IMG/VR virus record: IMGVR_UViG_3300007274_000026
Coordinates: 8,541-72,540 of that record
DNA from: a virus
DNA: 64,000 nucleotides
Direction: 5' to 3' (one strand)
Of the stretch, positions 9,518 through 19,808 are shown one piece after another. Both the position numbers and the translations under genes were made by a program. Below the pieces are notes generated by a model, which saw only the letters and a program-made list of their open reading frames with translations, ran no database searches and had not been told where the DNA came from. Numbering within the stretch: the first letter of the stretch is position 1; each line of letters begins with the position of its first letter.

Positions 9518-9717
9518 TCTTTGACCCTTTTCTGAACAGGCTTACGGCGTTGTCTAGGGAGGCGGCGAGATGCAGGCGCGGGTTGCGGTGCCTTCTTTGG
9601 GCTAGGCACTACAAATTCAGGCGGCTCAAACTCGGGTTTCGTTGGCATCACAGGGGGTTCGTCCTTTTTGCCTTCCCAGCGCTTCGCGTAGTCGTTATTA
9701 AACGCGAAGAGCCCCAT
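9514..9717 (-). CDS. Small hypothetical virion-region protein
   Basis: MGLFAF start, coupled to the next gene. Confidence 0.45.
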   Translation of the reverse strand: MGLFAFNNDYAKRWEGKKDEPPVMPTKPEFEPPEFVVPSPKKAPQPAPASRRLPRQRRKPVQKRVKE

Positions 9718-9775
9718 GATCTAGCTAGCAGTGCTTTGATTTTAGAGCCATCCATAAAATGGCAATAACACTTGA

Positions 9776-10201
<426 letters not shown>

Positions 10202-10252
10202 TGAGGCTGTAACGGAGTTCTTTTACTTTGGGGCGGCTCAGCCCAGCTAGCC

Positions 10253-10423
10253 ATGGTCACGACCCGAAAGACGTATCCAGCAAATTTGCAGCTGTGCTAT
10301 CGGGGAGTGAAATACAGGCCAGCTGCGCTGCAGCTGCTGATTGAACGAGGTGGATGGGGCGCGGAGCATCGCCCCCGTCGTGATCAGGATTCTTCAGTTG
10401 TTGATTGGCGCGTGACTAGCTAA
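10253..10423 (+). CDS. DUF4278-like small cyanobacterial-type protein
   Basis: Manual translation MVTTRKTYPANLQLCYRGVKYRP...; LxYRGVxY motif. Confidence 0.5.
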   Translation: MVTTRKTYPANLQLCYRGVKYRPAALQLLIERGGWGAEHRPRRDQDSSVVDWRVTS

Positions 10424-10598
10424 GGCACCAGCGGCGAGCGGTGGTGGGGCTGATGCTGAGCCTTGAGGCAATGGACTTGTAGGTGTGGCCAGCCTTGCGC
10501 CAGCGCTTGGCGCGCTGCTGCGGCGATTCGGTGAGCCAAAGCAGCAGCAGGACAGGCAGGGTGATCAAGGCGAGCACCCAGACGGTGAAACAGGTCAT
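10416..10598 (-). CDS. Membrane-anchored HTH protein
   Basis: N-terminal TM helix then GHTYKSIASRLSISPTTARRW. Confidence 0.6.
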   Translation of the reverse strand: MTCFTVWVLALITLPVLLLLWLTESPQQRAKRWRKAGHTYKSIASRLSISPTTARRWCLS

Positions 10599-10717
10599 TT
10601 GATTGGAAAGGTTCGTGGTGGTTTGCCGGTGGAGGCGCAACGCCTTCGCTTCCGACCCCTGAAGTATAGCACCTCTCTAGCTAGTGTGGTATTGTTGTCA
10701 CAACAGCAACCACCACC

Positions 10718-10936
10718 ATGGAACTCGCAACCATCACCGACCACATGACCGGGATCGTCTACCCCGGCACCGAAGAGGCCAAGGAGCTGATCATCACCGG
10801 CAACCAAAACGATTTCTGCCGGGACATGGTCGCCCGCAGCATCGCTCGTGTCAGAAACCTGGCTCACGAGAACGGCATGGACCCATACGTTGAGCTGTAC
10901 GAAAGCGTTATGGGCGCCATCGGGGCGGAGGGCTGA
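10718..10936 (+). CDS. Hypothetical early protein
   Basis: Preceded by CTAGCTAGTGTGGTATTGT promoter and ACCACCACC leader. Confidence 0.55.
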   Translation: MELATITDHMTGIVYPGTEEAKELIITGNQNDFCRDMVARSIARVRNLAHENGMDPYVELYESVMGAIGAEG

Positions 10937-11017
10937 ACGCCCCTTCCTCGTGCACCGATGCAGGAGGAGGAAACCGGAGGCTGCCAGCCCTAGCCACGGC
11001 TGGTTACAGGACGTAAC

Positions 11018-11270
11018 TATTGAGAACCGAGCCAGAGTGTGACAGTGACTTTTCCACAGGATTTACGCTGTTATCCACAGGGGCTCGCCGTACCCCCAGT
11101 CGTTGCTGTGTAAATTCCACAGGCCAGCCTGGCTAGCACTGGTCTTATTCCACAGGCAGATTCTCAATACGCCCGCTTGCTGTGCCAGTCGCTATGCCAG
11201 TGAGGGTGCCACTTCTTTGAAAATGTGCCAGAAATTTATTGGCATAAACAGGGGCAGATCCATTGGCACA
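11018..11270. repeat. Non-coding region with four TCCACAGG / DnaA-box-like repeats, an inverted TATTGAGAA pair and TGCCAG repeats
   Basis: TTTTCCACA 11050, TTATCCACA 11071, AATTCCACA 11113, TATTCCACA 11146; TATTGAGAA 11018 / TTCTCAATA 11161. Confidence 0.7.
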
Positions 11271-11374
11271 ACAGCGATCTAAGCAAAACCGGTACGAACG
11301 TACCAAGCAGTCTTTCCACCGCCCTTAGCCAGCAATGGGGCCATATTGAGCGAGCCCCCAACCACCACAGACAC

Positions 11375-11584
11375 ATGGGAATGCTCGCCGACGCCCTTCG
11401 CGCCAACCTCAAGCAGGTCGCCGAATCTGACGCCCGCGCCTTGCGCGCTACGCAGGAGATGCTCACTGAGGTTCGCGCTCAGATCGCTGCCGCTGAGGCC
11501 CCTCAACTGGCTGCCAGCAAGGACGACGAGATTGCAGCCGCCATCGCGCTGCTTGAGGCCAACGGCTACACCGTCACCCGCTGA
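11375..11584 (+). CDS. Hypothetical helical protein
   Basis: MGMLADALRANLKQVAESDARALRA; ACCACCAC leader; terminator follows. Confidence 0.55.
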   Translation: MGMLADALRANLKQVAESDARALRATQEMLTEVRAQIAAAEAPQLAASKDDEIAAAIALLEANGYTVTR

Positions 11585-11702
11585 CCCGTCGCCTACCGGC
11601 CGCACCGCCCCCGCCACCACGGGGGCATTTTTTTTGCCTGCCTGTAGGCGCCCCTACAAGCCGCTGTAAGGCGCCCGCTAGCAACGACCGGTGTCACAGG
11701 GC

Positions 11703-12002
11703 TCACAGCCACGCAGTCGCACTCTGCGGGCCAGGACGCGGCTTGTCCGGTTGGCGCCGCTTGCCCAGTCGCTTCTGGCTGTAACGCATCTTGTCCAGCC
11801 GGAACTCAGCGCAGTGATGCAGCCACCACTCCACGCCCTCACTGGTAGCCAGCGCCTCCTTGGGGCTGCTGCAGGGGCCGATCTCAGCCACGTAGCGCCC
11901 ACGCATCTCATGGAAGGCCTGAGGCGCCGTTTCATATAGCTCCTTCATGCGCCAGGCCACATACGGCGCCAGGCCGCGCAGATCAGGGTTCATATCAACC
12001 AT
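11703..12002 (-). CDS. Hypothetical protein
   Basis: ORF coupled to the upstream small ORF. Confidence 0.45.
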   Translation of the reverse strand: MVDMNPDLRGLAPYVAWRMKELYETAPQAFHEMRGRYVAEIGPCSSPKEALATSEGVEWWLHHCAEFRLDKMRYSQKRLGKRRQPDKPRPGPQSATAWL

Positions 12003-12150
12003 GGGGAATCTCCCCGCTGATGCATTTGGTGAGCTTTGCTTCTGCGTCGGCTACCAAGTGCATAGAACTAACAGCCACACAACGGCGCTCGCCGTCCAGC
12101 TCAACGCAAACAAGGACGGCGTCATCGGGAAGGGTTTCGATCTCTGTCAT
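11995..12150 (-). CDS. Small hypothetical protein
   Basis: Manual translation MTEIETLPDDAVLVCVELDGERRCVAVSSMHLVADAEAKL. Confidence 0.45.
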   Translation of the reverse strand: MTEIETLPDDAVLVCVELDGERRCVAVSSMHLVADAEAKLTKCISGEIPHG

Positions 12151-12243
12151 GTCCCAAGCTTAGCTAGCAACGGTTCAAATGAAAAGCCCCGCTCGGGTAA
12201 CGGGCCAAGCGGGGCGGTGATGGGGGAGCCTTCGGTGTAACAG

Positions 12244-12753
12244 CTACGAACGGCGGGCGCCAGCGTGAAGCTTGCTGACATGTTGAAACGTGATCCCAAA
12301 CCGCTCACCAATAGCGGCTTGCGTCATCGTTCCCTTTAGCGCTCGAATCTCCGCCACCTGCTCATCAGTCAACTTGGCTGCGGGATTCTTCTCACCGCTT
12401 AAGTCAGGCATAGTCCCATCCCTGTGTTTGTCCAAAGCGTTCTGGCTGTGGGTGCCATAGCTCAGGTTCTCAGGGCGGTTATCAAACTTCCCGTTAGGAC
12501 CATGCAGAACAATCAAGCCCTCAGGCTTTGGCCCAAGGAAGGCCGCGGCCACCGCCTGGTGAACGGAATAGTCCTTCCGCGTGTAGACGCCGTCACGGAC
12601 TTGAACAGCGGTGAAGCACAAATAATCACAGCCATGCGATCCACGCATCCGCTGTTTTAGCGGCTTCTTATTGCGCCGCCCCATGATCCGCCCCTCTGAG
12701 CTGACCTTGTATCCCTCGCAGTTCGGCAACGGTATGTCCCGCCATTCAGCCAT
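12244..12753 (-). CDS. NUMOD4-HNH homing endonuclease
   Basis: EWRDIP...YKVSSEGRI; VHQAVAAAFLGP; VLHGPNGKFDNRPENLSYGT. Confidence 0.88.
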   Translation of the reverse strand: MAEWRDIPLPNCEGYKVSSEGRIMGRRNKKPLKQRMRGSHGCDYLCFTAVQVRDGVYTRKDYSVHQAVAAAFLGPKPEGLIVLHGPNGKFDNRPENLSYGTHSQNALDKHRDGTMPDLSGEKNPAAKLTDEQVAEIRALKGTMTQAAIGERFGITFQHVSKLHAGARRS

Positions 12754-12779
12754 GAAAAAAGGGGCCTCGAAAGGCCCCT
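12754..12779 (-). terminator. Intrinsic terminator after the capsid gene, abutting the HNH start codon
   Basis: GGGGCCT-TTCG-AGGCCCC-TTTTTT. Confidence 0.75.
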
Positions 12780-12800
12780 ATTGTAGCTAGTCCTGGTTGA

Positions 12801-13817
12801 TCAGGAAGGCAGCTCACCGCGCAAAGCGCAGATCTTGACGTTGCGGGGATCGTCGAAAACACAATCCCAGTTGCCGACAGTGGCGAACTCAGCGTTGGTC
12901 GGTGAGTTGCCAGAGGCAGTACCAGTCCAGCTGCAGCCGACAGGGTGCAGCATGTACTCCTTACGGTTCACGAGAATCTCGATTCCACGCAGGATGTCGC
13001 GGTCGGTTTCAACCGGGGTCTTCGGTGCAATCTCCGAGTAGGTGAATGCGCCAGGAGCGAAGAAGTAGATGGTGTGAACGTCACCGCCACCATCTCCACC
13101 ACCGACAAGGTCGCCAGTGGGCCTCAGGCCGTCGTCAACAATGACAGGGCGACCCAAATAGGTGCCGAACTCAGCCCGCTCAGCAGACACGCGAGTGTCC
13201 AGCTGTGAGGTGATCTCAGGGCTTGAGCCAGGGATGATCAGGTCAGCCTTAATCAGCGCGTAGTAAGCCTGGCTGTCCATTGCAACAGCAGACAGATCCT
13301 GACCAGCATCACCAAGCTGGGCGATAGCGTCGATCATGGTGTCTGCGCCGATGGTGGCAGTAGCGCCACCAGTCAGGTGATCACTGGCCAGCGTGCCGCC
13401 ACCAGCCAAAGGACCAAACAGACCGTTCAGGATTGAGATGAGCACAGCCTGGGTGTCGCGCACCCAATACTCACCAGTGCGGATTGCAATGGCACGCATG
13501 GGGTCATCACCAGCCAGCTCAGCCGCCAGGTCTGAAGACTGCCAAGCGCGACCGCGCAGGTTACGAACACCGATCTGAGCATTGCCACCAAGAACAGCAG
13601 CAGTCAGGCCAACAACATCCGAGAGAATCTCGGAATCACCAGCCAGATCGGCAAAGTGAGGAATGGTGATCGTGCGACCGCCTTTGGCGAATTCCGCAGA
13701 GATCGCAGCGTTGTTAGCAACAATGCCTGAACGAAAGAACCCGGATTTTGCTTGGTTGATCTCCTGCTGATAGGAGAGGAACAGTTCCGGGATAAAAGGA
13801 ACGTTTGCAAGCAACAT
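12801..13817 (-). CDS. Major capsid protein
   Basis: PELF, GGRTITIPHFADLAGD, AELAGDDPM, GRPVIVDD, VETDRD, HPVG...SPTNAE. Confidence 0.9.
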   Translation of the reverse strand: MLLANVPFIPELFLSYQQEINQAKSGFFRSGIVANNAAISAEFAKGGRTITIPHFADLAGDSEILSDVVGLTAAVLGGNAQIGVRNLRGRAWQSSDLAAELAGDDPMRAIAIRTGEYWVRDTQAVLISILNGLFGPLAGGGTLASDHLTGGATATIGADTMIDAIAQLGDAGQDLSAVAMDSQAYYALIKADLIIPGSSPEITSQLDTRVSAERAEFGTYLGRPVIVDDGLRPTGDLVGGGDGGGDVHTIYFFAPGAFTYSEIAPKTPVETDRDILRGIEILVNRKEYMLHPVGCSWTGTASGNSPTNAEFATVGNWDCVFDDPRNVKICALRGELPS

Positions 13818-13919
13818 GGCTTGTAAATCTCAGAAATAAATTGGACGGTGAAGCGCCGCTTCAAATTTGGCTTGGGCGCCGCCCTTGCCAGGTTGCTCTG
13901 AAGAGATGATAACTAATTC

Positions 13920-14777
13920 CTATTTTTTGAGCAAAGCCAAGAACTTTGAATCAAGCTTCCCGGCTGATCGTGCCTCACCCATCAAGCGCCGCGCCTTATC
14001 AGGCTGGGCCTGCCACATGGTTGCCGCTTGCGTCAGGTTGATCTGATCAGTGCGGAAAGGATTAGCGCCACTACCAGCTGATGCCGCCTGATTGTTCCTT
14101 ACGCCAGTACCAGCACCAGTCATTCCTGAACCGGCAAACATGTAGCTGAAGTTTTCATCATCCCGAACGGCAGCGATCACATCACTCAAGGGTTTCGGGT
14201 CATAGTCAGGACCACCAACAACAGCACCCTCCTCAGTGAGGTTTACCGCGTACTTGGTATCGAGTCCCATCAGCTTGTAGGCATGGCTGGGGTTTGTGGC
14301 GCCAGCTTTGCCGAGAGCTTCAACAACGATGCGCTCAATCTTGTCCTGACGGTTGCGAAGGATTGCCTCCTTCTTCTCTTCTTCGCTTTGGCGGGCTTTC
14401 TCTTCGAGAATTTCCATCTGCTTGCGCAGCCGCTTCAGCTCGGCATCCATCAACGGATCCGGCCCTTTAGGCGTTTCAGCTGGAGTTGAAGCACTCTCTT
14501 GAGCCGTCGTATCAGCTGGCGGATTCGGGCGAACCAATAGCTTTTCTGCAAGCAAGGATTCCGCTTCGTCATCTTCTGCGTCAATGCCGATGGTGCTGAT
14601 CAGTTTCTTGATGCGCTTAAGCCTTTTGGTTTCATCTAAGGCTTCATTGCGCTTGCCTTCCAATTTGGAGACGCTTGAAGTGAGCCTGGCGTTCTCCTCT
14701 TTGAGCTTGGAGATGACGGCTTCAAGGTCGCGTGATTGACCTTCACCAGACGCCGTCTGATCAAGTTCTTCAGACAC
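13920..14777 (-). CDS. Capsid scaffolding protein
   Basis: Coiled-coil; GAG...NPF C-terminus; directly upstream of the capsid gene. Confidence 0.75.
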   Translation of the reverse strand: MSEELDQTASGEGQSRDLEAVISKLKEENARLTSSVSKLEGKRNEALDETKRLKRIKKLISTIGIDAEDDEAESLLAEKLLVRPNPPADTTAQESASTPAETPKGPDPLMDAELKRLRKQMEILEEKARQSEEEKKEAILRNRQDKIERIVVEALGKAGATNPSHAYKLMGLDTKYAVNLTEEGAVVGGPDYDPKPLSDVIAAVRDDENFSYMFAGSGMTGAGTGVRNNQAASAGSGANPFRTDQINLTQAATMWQAQPDKARRLMGEARSAGKLDSKFLALLKK

Positions 14778-14855
14778 AGTTCAGACCATTGCTAACTACG
14801 AGCAGTTTATTTGCTTAATTCCTAGCCACAAGGGGAGGAGTGAGGGGCAAAGCCC

Positions 14856-15080
14856 TCACGCTCCAGCAGGCCCCAAGCGATAGCCAGGCGACTTGATCAT
14901 GAACTCATCGCCCCACTCAAGATCCTTGACTTGGACTGGCGCAGCGGTGAAGTGCTGAATAGCTCGAACGGTCACCTCGACCTCGTCGCGATCCACCACC
15001 TCATAAATGGGGTTCCGCCAGTCCGAAGGATCAGCGACCTTGTCAAAAGCTGCTTCAAGCTGAGCTTCAGTGAAAGCCAT
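14856..15080 (-). CDS. Hypothetical protein
   Basis: AFDKVADPSDWRNPI...AIQHFTA...SPGYRLGPAG. Confidence 0.55.
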   Translation of the reverse strand: MAFTEAQLEAAFDKVADPSDWRNPIYEVVDRDEVEVTVRAIQHFTAAPVQVKDLEWGDEFMIKSPGYRLGPAGA

Positions 15081-15235
15081 TTTTCAAAACCAGCGACGGG
15101 GCTGGATCGTGTGGGGCTGAACCCCTGTTGAAACAACTATACCAGCCATAGCTAGAAATGGTCAACACCATCAATCGACCAAGCGCTAGCCACAAGTGGT
15201 GCTATAATAAGAAAGCCAACCACCACAAGGCGTCC

Positions 15236-15484
15236 ATGAAAAAACCGCGCAGCTGGGCTGAAGCGGCCCAGCATCCGGGCATCTCCTGGATTGAAGATGA
15301 GCGCTGCGTTGCCAGCCGCGATCCCCACACCGGCGAATGGGACAGCCCACCATTCTTCGTTTACCTGAATGACGGCTGGAATTGGGACGGGCTGACGGCG
15401 TTCGCCATCTATAGCCTGCGCGAGCTGCAGGAAGAATGGCACCAGATCGAGAACCAACACTGCGCCCAGCCCGGAGACGAATGA
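15236..15484 (+). CDS. Hypothetical early protein, paralog 1
   Basis: MKKPRSWAEAAQHPGISWIEDER. Confidence 0.55.
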   Translation: MKKPRSWAEAAQHPGISWIEDERCVASRDPHTGEWDSPPFFVYLNDGWNWDGLTAFAIYSLRELQEEWHQIENQHCAQPGDE

Positions 15485-15693
15485 AAAAACCACGCACTCT
15501 GAAGACTCTTCTGGCCCACCCGTGGGTGGAAGACTGGGACGACGAACGCGGCATCGATAACGGCATCTGGATCTATCTCAAGACGGGGTACTGGTCGCCT
15601 GAAATGGAAACGACCAGCATCCATGAGATGACGGTGGCTGAGTGTTGCGACGTGTTCAGCCGCGTCGAACCTGACTTGCGCCCGCAAGACTGA
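15481..15693 (+). CDS. Hypothetical early protein, paralog 2
   Basis: MKKPRTLKTLLAHPWVEDWDDER. Confidence 0.55.
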   Translation: MKKPRTLKTLLAHPWVEDWDDERGIDNGIWIYLKTGYWSPEMETTSIHEMTVAECCDVFSRVEPDLRPQD

Positions 15694-15750
15694 TCACGTC
15701 ACCTTTGCTAGCCAGCCGTGGTATGATTAACAGGTCAACCACCACCAGCA

Positions 15751-15948
15751 ATGAACGACCTCGACTTTCTCCCTTTTGAACTTGAGCCCCAGGTAGAAGA
15801 GCGCTTCTGGCTTCACTACACCGACAGCGAAGGTTTCGAAGACTGGTTCCACGACGACGAAGAAGACCGCGAGCAGATCCGTGGCCTTATCGCCAGCAAC
15901 GGCATTAAGGGCACAGCCTGGCAAATCGAGAAAACGCCAATGGATTGA
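15751..15948 (+). CDS. Small acidic early protein
   Basis: Own promoter cassette and leader. Confidence 0.5.
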   Translation: MNDLDFLPFELEPQVEERFWLHYTDSEGFEDWFHDDEEDREQIRGLIASNGIKGTAWQIEKTPMD

Positions 15949-16163
15949 TTGCCACGGCTAGCTAGGCGCCCAATCATGGGCGCTAAGCGGTAGCCACCTA
16001 TGGGACAAAACAACACCAGAAACCTCCATTGGCAGTCGAATCCAAGCCGCTACATGGAACAAGCCAAAGCCCGCGCATTGGCAACGCTTCACGACTCTGC
16101 GCCTGTACTCACCACTCTTGAGCGCAGCTATCGACAAATGCTCCTTAAAAACCACCACCACTC

Positions 16164-16736
16164 ATGACCCTCACACCTTGCAAATCAGGACCGTTCGCTC
16201 ACCCCGCACTGTCTGCTGACATACCTCGCGTTTTTGGGATTTATCTCACTTGCCCCCATGCTCACGCCGTTGGTCATCGCTACGGCGCATGGCTTGATTG
16301 CTCAATGCTCCTGAACATGGCTGCCTATCAATCCGCCATCACCGAGTTCACAGAATCGTCACCCTGGAACACGGACGGTGCTTGGACGATCAGCGATTGG
16401 GACATGCCGTGCGTTGCCGTTGAAGACAAATGCTTGGCCACCCTCGCTGAGTACGTCCGCAACTGGCGCCAGTGCTCAGGCGATCAAGAGCAACAGGCTT
16501 ACGACGAGTACATCACGGATCGTCGCCAAGTCGTCAGCTACCGCGAATTCAAGGAAGCTCTGGTTGGGATTTACAAAGACGAAGTCGATTTTTGCTGGGA
16601 GCAATGCGACGCGCCCGGCGTTGATGAGTTCGGCGAGTTCGTTGACTGGGATCGCTACTGGAAGCGCCGCTATGAAAGCGACGGCTACACATCTGCATCC
16701 GTAAGCGGCGGGATGGCGATCTTCCGCCCTGTTTAA
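16164..16736 (+). CDS. ardA: ArdA-like antirestriction protein
   Basis: IYLT...YGAWLD, ISDWD, acidic body, FVDWDRYW...DGY...GGMAIFR. Confidence 0.7.
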   Translation: MTLTPCKSGPFAHPALSADIPRVFGIYLTCPHAHAVGHRYGAWLDCSMLLNMAAYQSAITEFTESSPWNTDGAWTISDWDMPCVAVEDKCLATLAEYVRNWRQCSGDQEQQAYDEYITDRRQVVSYREFKEALVGIYKDEVDFCWEQCDAPGVDEFGEFVDWDRYWKRRYESDGYTSASVSGGMAIFRPV

Positions 16737-16789
16737 TTTGACCGTGCTAGCTAAAGCTGGTATTATCAAGAAGTAACCACCACCGCCCC

Positions 16790-16972
16790 ATGAATCACTT
16801 TCCTTACGAGCTACGACGCGGCGACGCTGAATTAGTCGTTATGGCGCTTCGCAGTTACCTGTCGCGCCAAATGTCTGGAGACGGCGCCGCTAACGGCATG
16901 GAGATTCTCCGTGATGAGCTTGAGCTTTGCCTTGAAGAATCCGAAACCGCCCTGTTTGGTGCCAGGCAATGA
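16790..16972 (+). CDS. Hypothetical early protein
   Basis: Promoter cassette and leader. Confidence 0.45.
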   Translation: MNHFPYELRRGDAELVVMALRSYLSRQMSGDGAANGMEILRDELELCLEESETALFGARQ

Positions 16973-17652
16973 GAGAACAACTCAAACACCTGGAGGGCAA
17001 GCTGGTTGTCCTCCGCGGGCGGGTCGCCGCGGCCCGCATCACCGAAAATCACCGCTACTACTTCTGTGTCTCCAATCCCAAGATCTCCCCCTGGGATGGC
17101 AACGAACCGCTTCAAACAGCTTCATTCAAGAACACTGTCCGCGCTGACCACATCTGGGTCAACACCAGCGACGACGTCAATTGGCCAAAGCTCTATGAAA
17201 AACACTTTCTCGTTGGCAACTGCGGTTACTACACACGCAAGGACGGCTCCGTTGACCTGAGCGTCACCAAAACCGCCGCCATCCTTAACGGCCAGAAATT
17301 CCTCTGGGAGATTGAAGGCGTTCTGCGTTCAAAACGGTCAGAAGCCCAGCGTATTGACAGATCCCTAGAAATGCTCAGCTATCTAGGCGACTCACTGCTT
17401 CATCACGGCGACCACAAAAACGGGATGGATCATTACGTCTACGGCACCGACTGGTCGGTTCACGAAATCACCGAACGCGTCCTGGCCATGCATAAGGACG
17501 TGCTGCAACGCCAACGGGCGTTAGCGCTGGAAAGCGTTCGCCACCTCAAGCCAGTGGCGCAGAAGCCCGGCTCAATGCTGTTCTTGAATCAGCCCACCGC
17601 ACCAAAACACCAAACCGCTGTTGAACGACTTTTGGAGGAAAGGCAAAAATGA
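16969..17652 (+). CDS. Hypothetical protein
   Basis: 227-aa ORF with DHIW and YTRKDGSVD motifs. Confidence 0.55.
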   Translation: MREQLKHLEGKLVVLRGRVAAARITENHRYYFCVSNPKISPWDGNEPLQTASFKNTVRADHIWVNTSDDVNWPKLYEKHFLVGNCGYYTRKDGSVDLSVTKTAAILNGQKFLWEIEGVLRSKRSEAQRIDRSLEMLSYLGDSLLHHGDHKNGMDHYVYGTDWSVHEITERVLAMHKDVLQRQRALALESVRHLKPVAQKPGSMLFLNQPTAPKHQTAVERLLEERQK

Positions 17653-17782
17653 ACCAAGACAAGCTAAAGCTGATGCAGGTGGAGGAGTCTCGATACAGGG
17701 ACCAGCACCTAGCTAATCTGCGCCGCCGTCAGCAGGAATGGCAAGAACACATCCGCAATGCGCGGGCCGAACTGGAGAAGCC

Positions 17783-18052
17783 ATGACAGATCCAAACCCA
17801 TGGGGTGAGCTCACCTGGCAGGCGATCATCAACAACCTGCCCGCGGATGATGCTGCGCTGGCAAAGCAGGCCACCAGCCTGCAGCGGGTTGACTTTGAGC
17901 CTGAACGGGATCACATCGTCATTCAGCTGGCCGTGGCGGTGGATGGCATGGTGTCGATGAGCGAACGGCTGCCGCTGCTGAAGGAGACGGGGCGAGAGTT
18001 GTTTGGGTTTGTGCCGACATTTGTGCTCCAACTGGAGAAGGTCTCCCGATGA
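17783..18052 (+). CDS. Hypothetical protein
   Basis: MTDPNPWGELTWQAII. Confidence 0.4.
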   Translation: MTDPNPWGELTWQAIINNLPADDAALAKQATSLQRVDFEPERDHIVIQLAVAVDGMVSMSERLPLLKETGRELFGFVPTFVLQLEKVSR

Positions 18053-18116
18053 CTGTTGCCATCTACCACCACTAGCCAGCAGAGGTGCTATGATTAGCTC
18101 AACCACCACAAAGCAC

Positions 18117-18347
18117 ATGACCCTCATTCAGGAATCCGCCGAACTCGCTGGCTTCTTCACCCTCACCACCGAGAAGGGCAAAACCATCGAGGTCAACACC
18201 GCAAATGATCAAGTGATGGTCTACATCCAGCAGAACGGCAGCCGCGGCCTGAGCTACGGCAAGCGCTTTGACTCCCTGGCTGCTGCAGCTGAGGGCTACA
18301 AGCGCCAGGACATCAAGGCCGCCCTGTATGCGCTGGCTGAGGCCTGA
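18117..18347 (+). CDS. Hypothetical early protein
   Basis: Promoter cassette; hairpin after the stop. Confidence 0.55.
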   Translation: MTLIQESAELAGFFTLTTEKGKTIEVNTANDQVMVYIQQNGSRGLSYGKRFDSLAAAAEGYKRQDIKAALYALAEA

Positions 18348-18392
18348 TCCTCACCGCCCCCGCAAGGGGGCTTAACCACCATCAACAAAACC

Positions 18393-18734
18393 ATGACTCA
18401 CACAGCACCGATTTTTACAACACAGCAGTGCGCCGATGCCATCGACCAAGCCGAGCTAACCCCGCGCCAGCTCGAACTGGTCAAAGCGCTACTAGAGATG
18501 CGTCAGGGCACCGCAGAACAATTCACGGAAGCCGTAGGGGGCGTCAGCTACAAGAGCACCTTCAACAGCCAGCTAGGGGTCGCCTGCCGGAAGCTTGCTG
18601 AAGCACTTGGGTGGCAACGGGCTGATGGGCGCCATTGGCTTGATTTAATCCTCTGCTTTGAAAACGCCGCCTACCGTGACGATCTCAAGCACAGCATCTG
18701 GTCAGTTCGGGGCAACTGGATTGGCGCTCTCTAG
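18393..18734 (+). CDS. Hypothetical protein, possible winged HTH
   Basis: LTPRQLELVKAL...FNSQLG. Confidence 0.5.
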   Translation: MTHTAPIFTTQQCADAIDQAELTPRQLELVKALLEMRQGTAEQFTEAVGGVSYKSTFNSQLGVACRKLAEALGWQRADGRHWLDLILCFENAAYRDDLKHSIWSVRGNWIGAL

Positions 18735-18736
18735 CC

Positions 18737-18952
18737 ATGACAGAGGAACAGCTGCAGAAGTATTGGGGGCGGGTGCACGATCTGCGCAATTTGCAGTGCG
18801 AACAGATCCGAAGCATCGGTCTGCGGAAGCGGGAGCTCGAGCAGGCCGAACGGGATCTGACCCAGCTGATGCGGGCGTATCGGGCAACTGACCTGGAACT
18901 GGGGAAGGTACTCAGTCAGATGCAGCTTGAGGGGATGCTGGAATCTGACTAA
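18737..18952 (+). CDS. Small coiled-coil protein
   Basis: ORF coupled to the previous gene. Confidence 0.45.
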   Translation: MTEEQLQKYWGRVHDLRNLQCEQIRSIGLRKRELEQAERDLTQLMRAYRATDLELGKVLSQMQLEGMLESD

Positions 18953-19019
18953 ATTGCGCCATCGACCACCGCTAGCCAGCAAAGGTGGTATGATTTGGGA
19001 GTCGCCACCACAGACACCA

Positions 19020-19244
19020 ATGACCGTTTACACCATCACCGTCGAAAGCACCACCCACTCTATGAAGAGCAAGGTGACCGACTACGCCTACGCCGTGGGC
19101 ATGATCATCGACGGCACCGTTCACAAGCCCGGATTTTCACGAAAGCTCGACCGTGTCATGAAGGACGCCCAACAGATCCGCGGATACAACAACGGCTCTG
19201 TCCCTTACGTCGTCGAGCTTGCCAGCGGCAAGCGCTTGGTCTGA
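19020..19244 (+). CDS. Hypothetical early protein
   Basis: Promoter cassette and leader. Confidence 0.5.
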   Translation: MTVYTITVESTTHSMKSKVTDYAYAVGMIIDGTVHKPGFSRKLDRVMKDAQQIRGYNNGSVPYVVELASGKRLV

Positions 19245-19271
19245 CCCCGCCCCCTTCGGGGGGCCAACCCC

Positions 19272-19466
19272 ATGACTTACGCAACCCGCATTCAGCTGCT
19301 CTCTCACGTCGAAAGCCTTGAGCTTGAACCAGATGGTTGGTGCTGCACCCTGCGACCTGGCCTAACGACAGAAGCGCTAGGTGGTAGCGGCATCATCATC
19401 GACCCGTCAATCCGTACGGTCTGGTCGTTCGTGAAGGGACCAGCAATGCCCGCGCAGGAGAGCTAG
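19272..19466 (+). CDS. Hypothetical early protein
   Basis: ORF after a hairpin. Confidence 0.4.
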   Translation: MTYATRIQLLSHVESLELEPDGWCCTLRPGLTTEALGGSGIIIDPSIRTVWSFVKGPAMPAQES

Positions 19467-19535
19467 CTAGGCATTCCACCACCACTAGCCAGAAGAGGTG
19501 CTATACTTTTCAAGTACCAAGGCAACCACCACGCC

Positions 19536-19808
19536 ATGACCCGCTCCACCAAAATGACCGCCGCCGAGATCGCCGCCTTCAAGGCCGCCAACCTCGCAGC
19601 TAACGCCCGCAACAAAAAGACCATCGTGATCAAGCCCGCTGCCCCTGCACCCCGCAAAAGCCAGCGCCAGCAGTTCACCGAAGATCTGCGGGAGACAGAA
19701 GACATGATCCGCGCCGCCAAGCGTCAAGGCCTTCTACAGGCCATCCCTGCCCTTCTCGCCCGTCACAACCAGCTGACCGCACTGGTCAACCACGCCGCCC
19801 TGTCCTGA
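19536..19808 (+). CDS. Hypothetical basic early protein
   Basis: Promoter cassette and leader. Confidence 0.5.
   Translation: MTRSTKMTAAEIAAFKAANLAANARNKKTIVIKPAAPAPRKSQRQQFTEDLRETEDMIRAAKRQGLLQAIPALLARHNQLTALVNHAALS

Noticed and set aside
15730-15750. CCACCAGC (reverse complement of E. coli Chi) within a leader
   Set aside because: Incidental variant of the ACCACCAC leader; no evidence that this host uses that Chi sequence.
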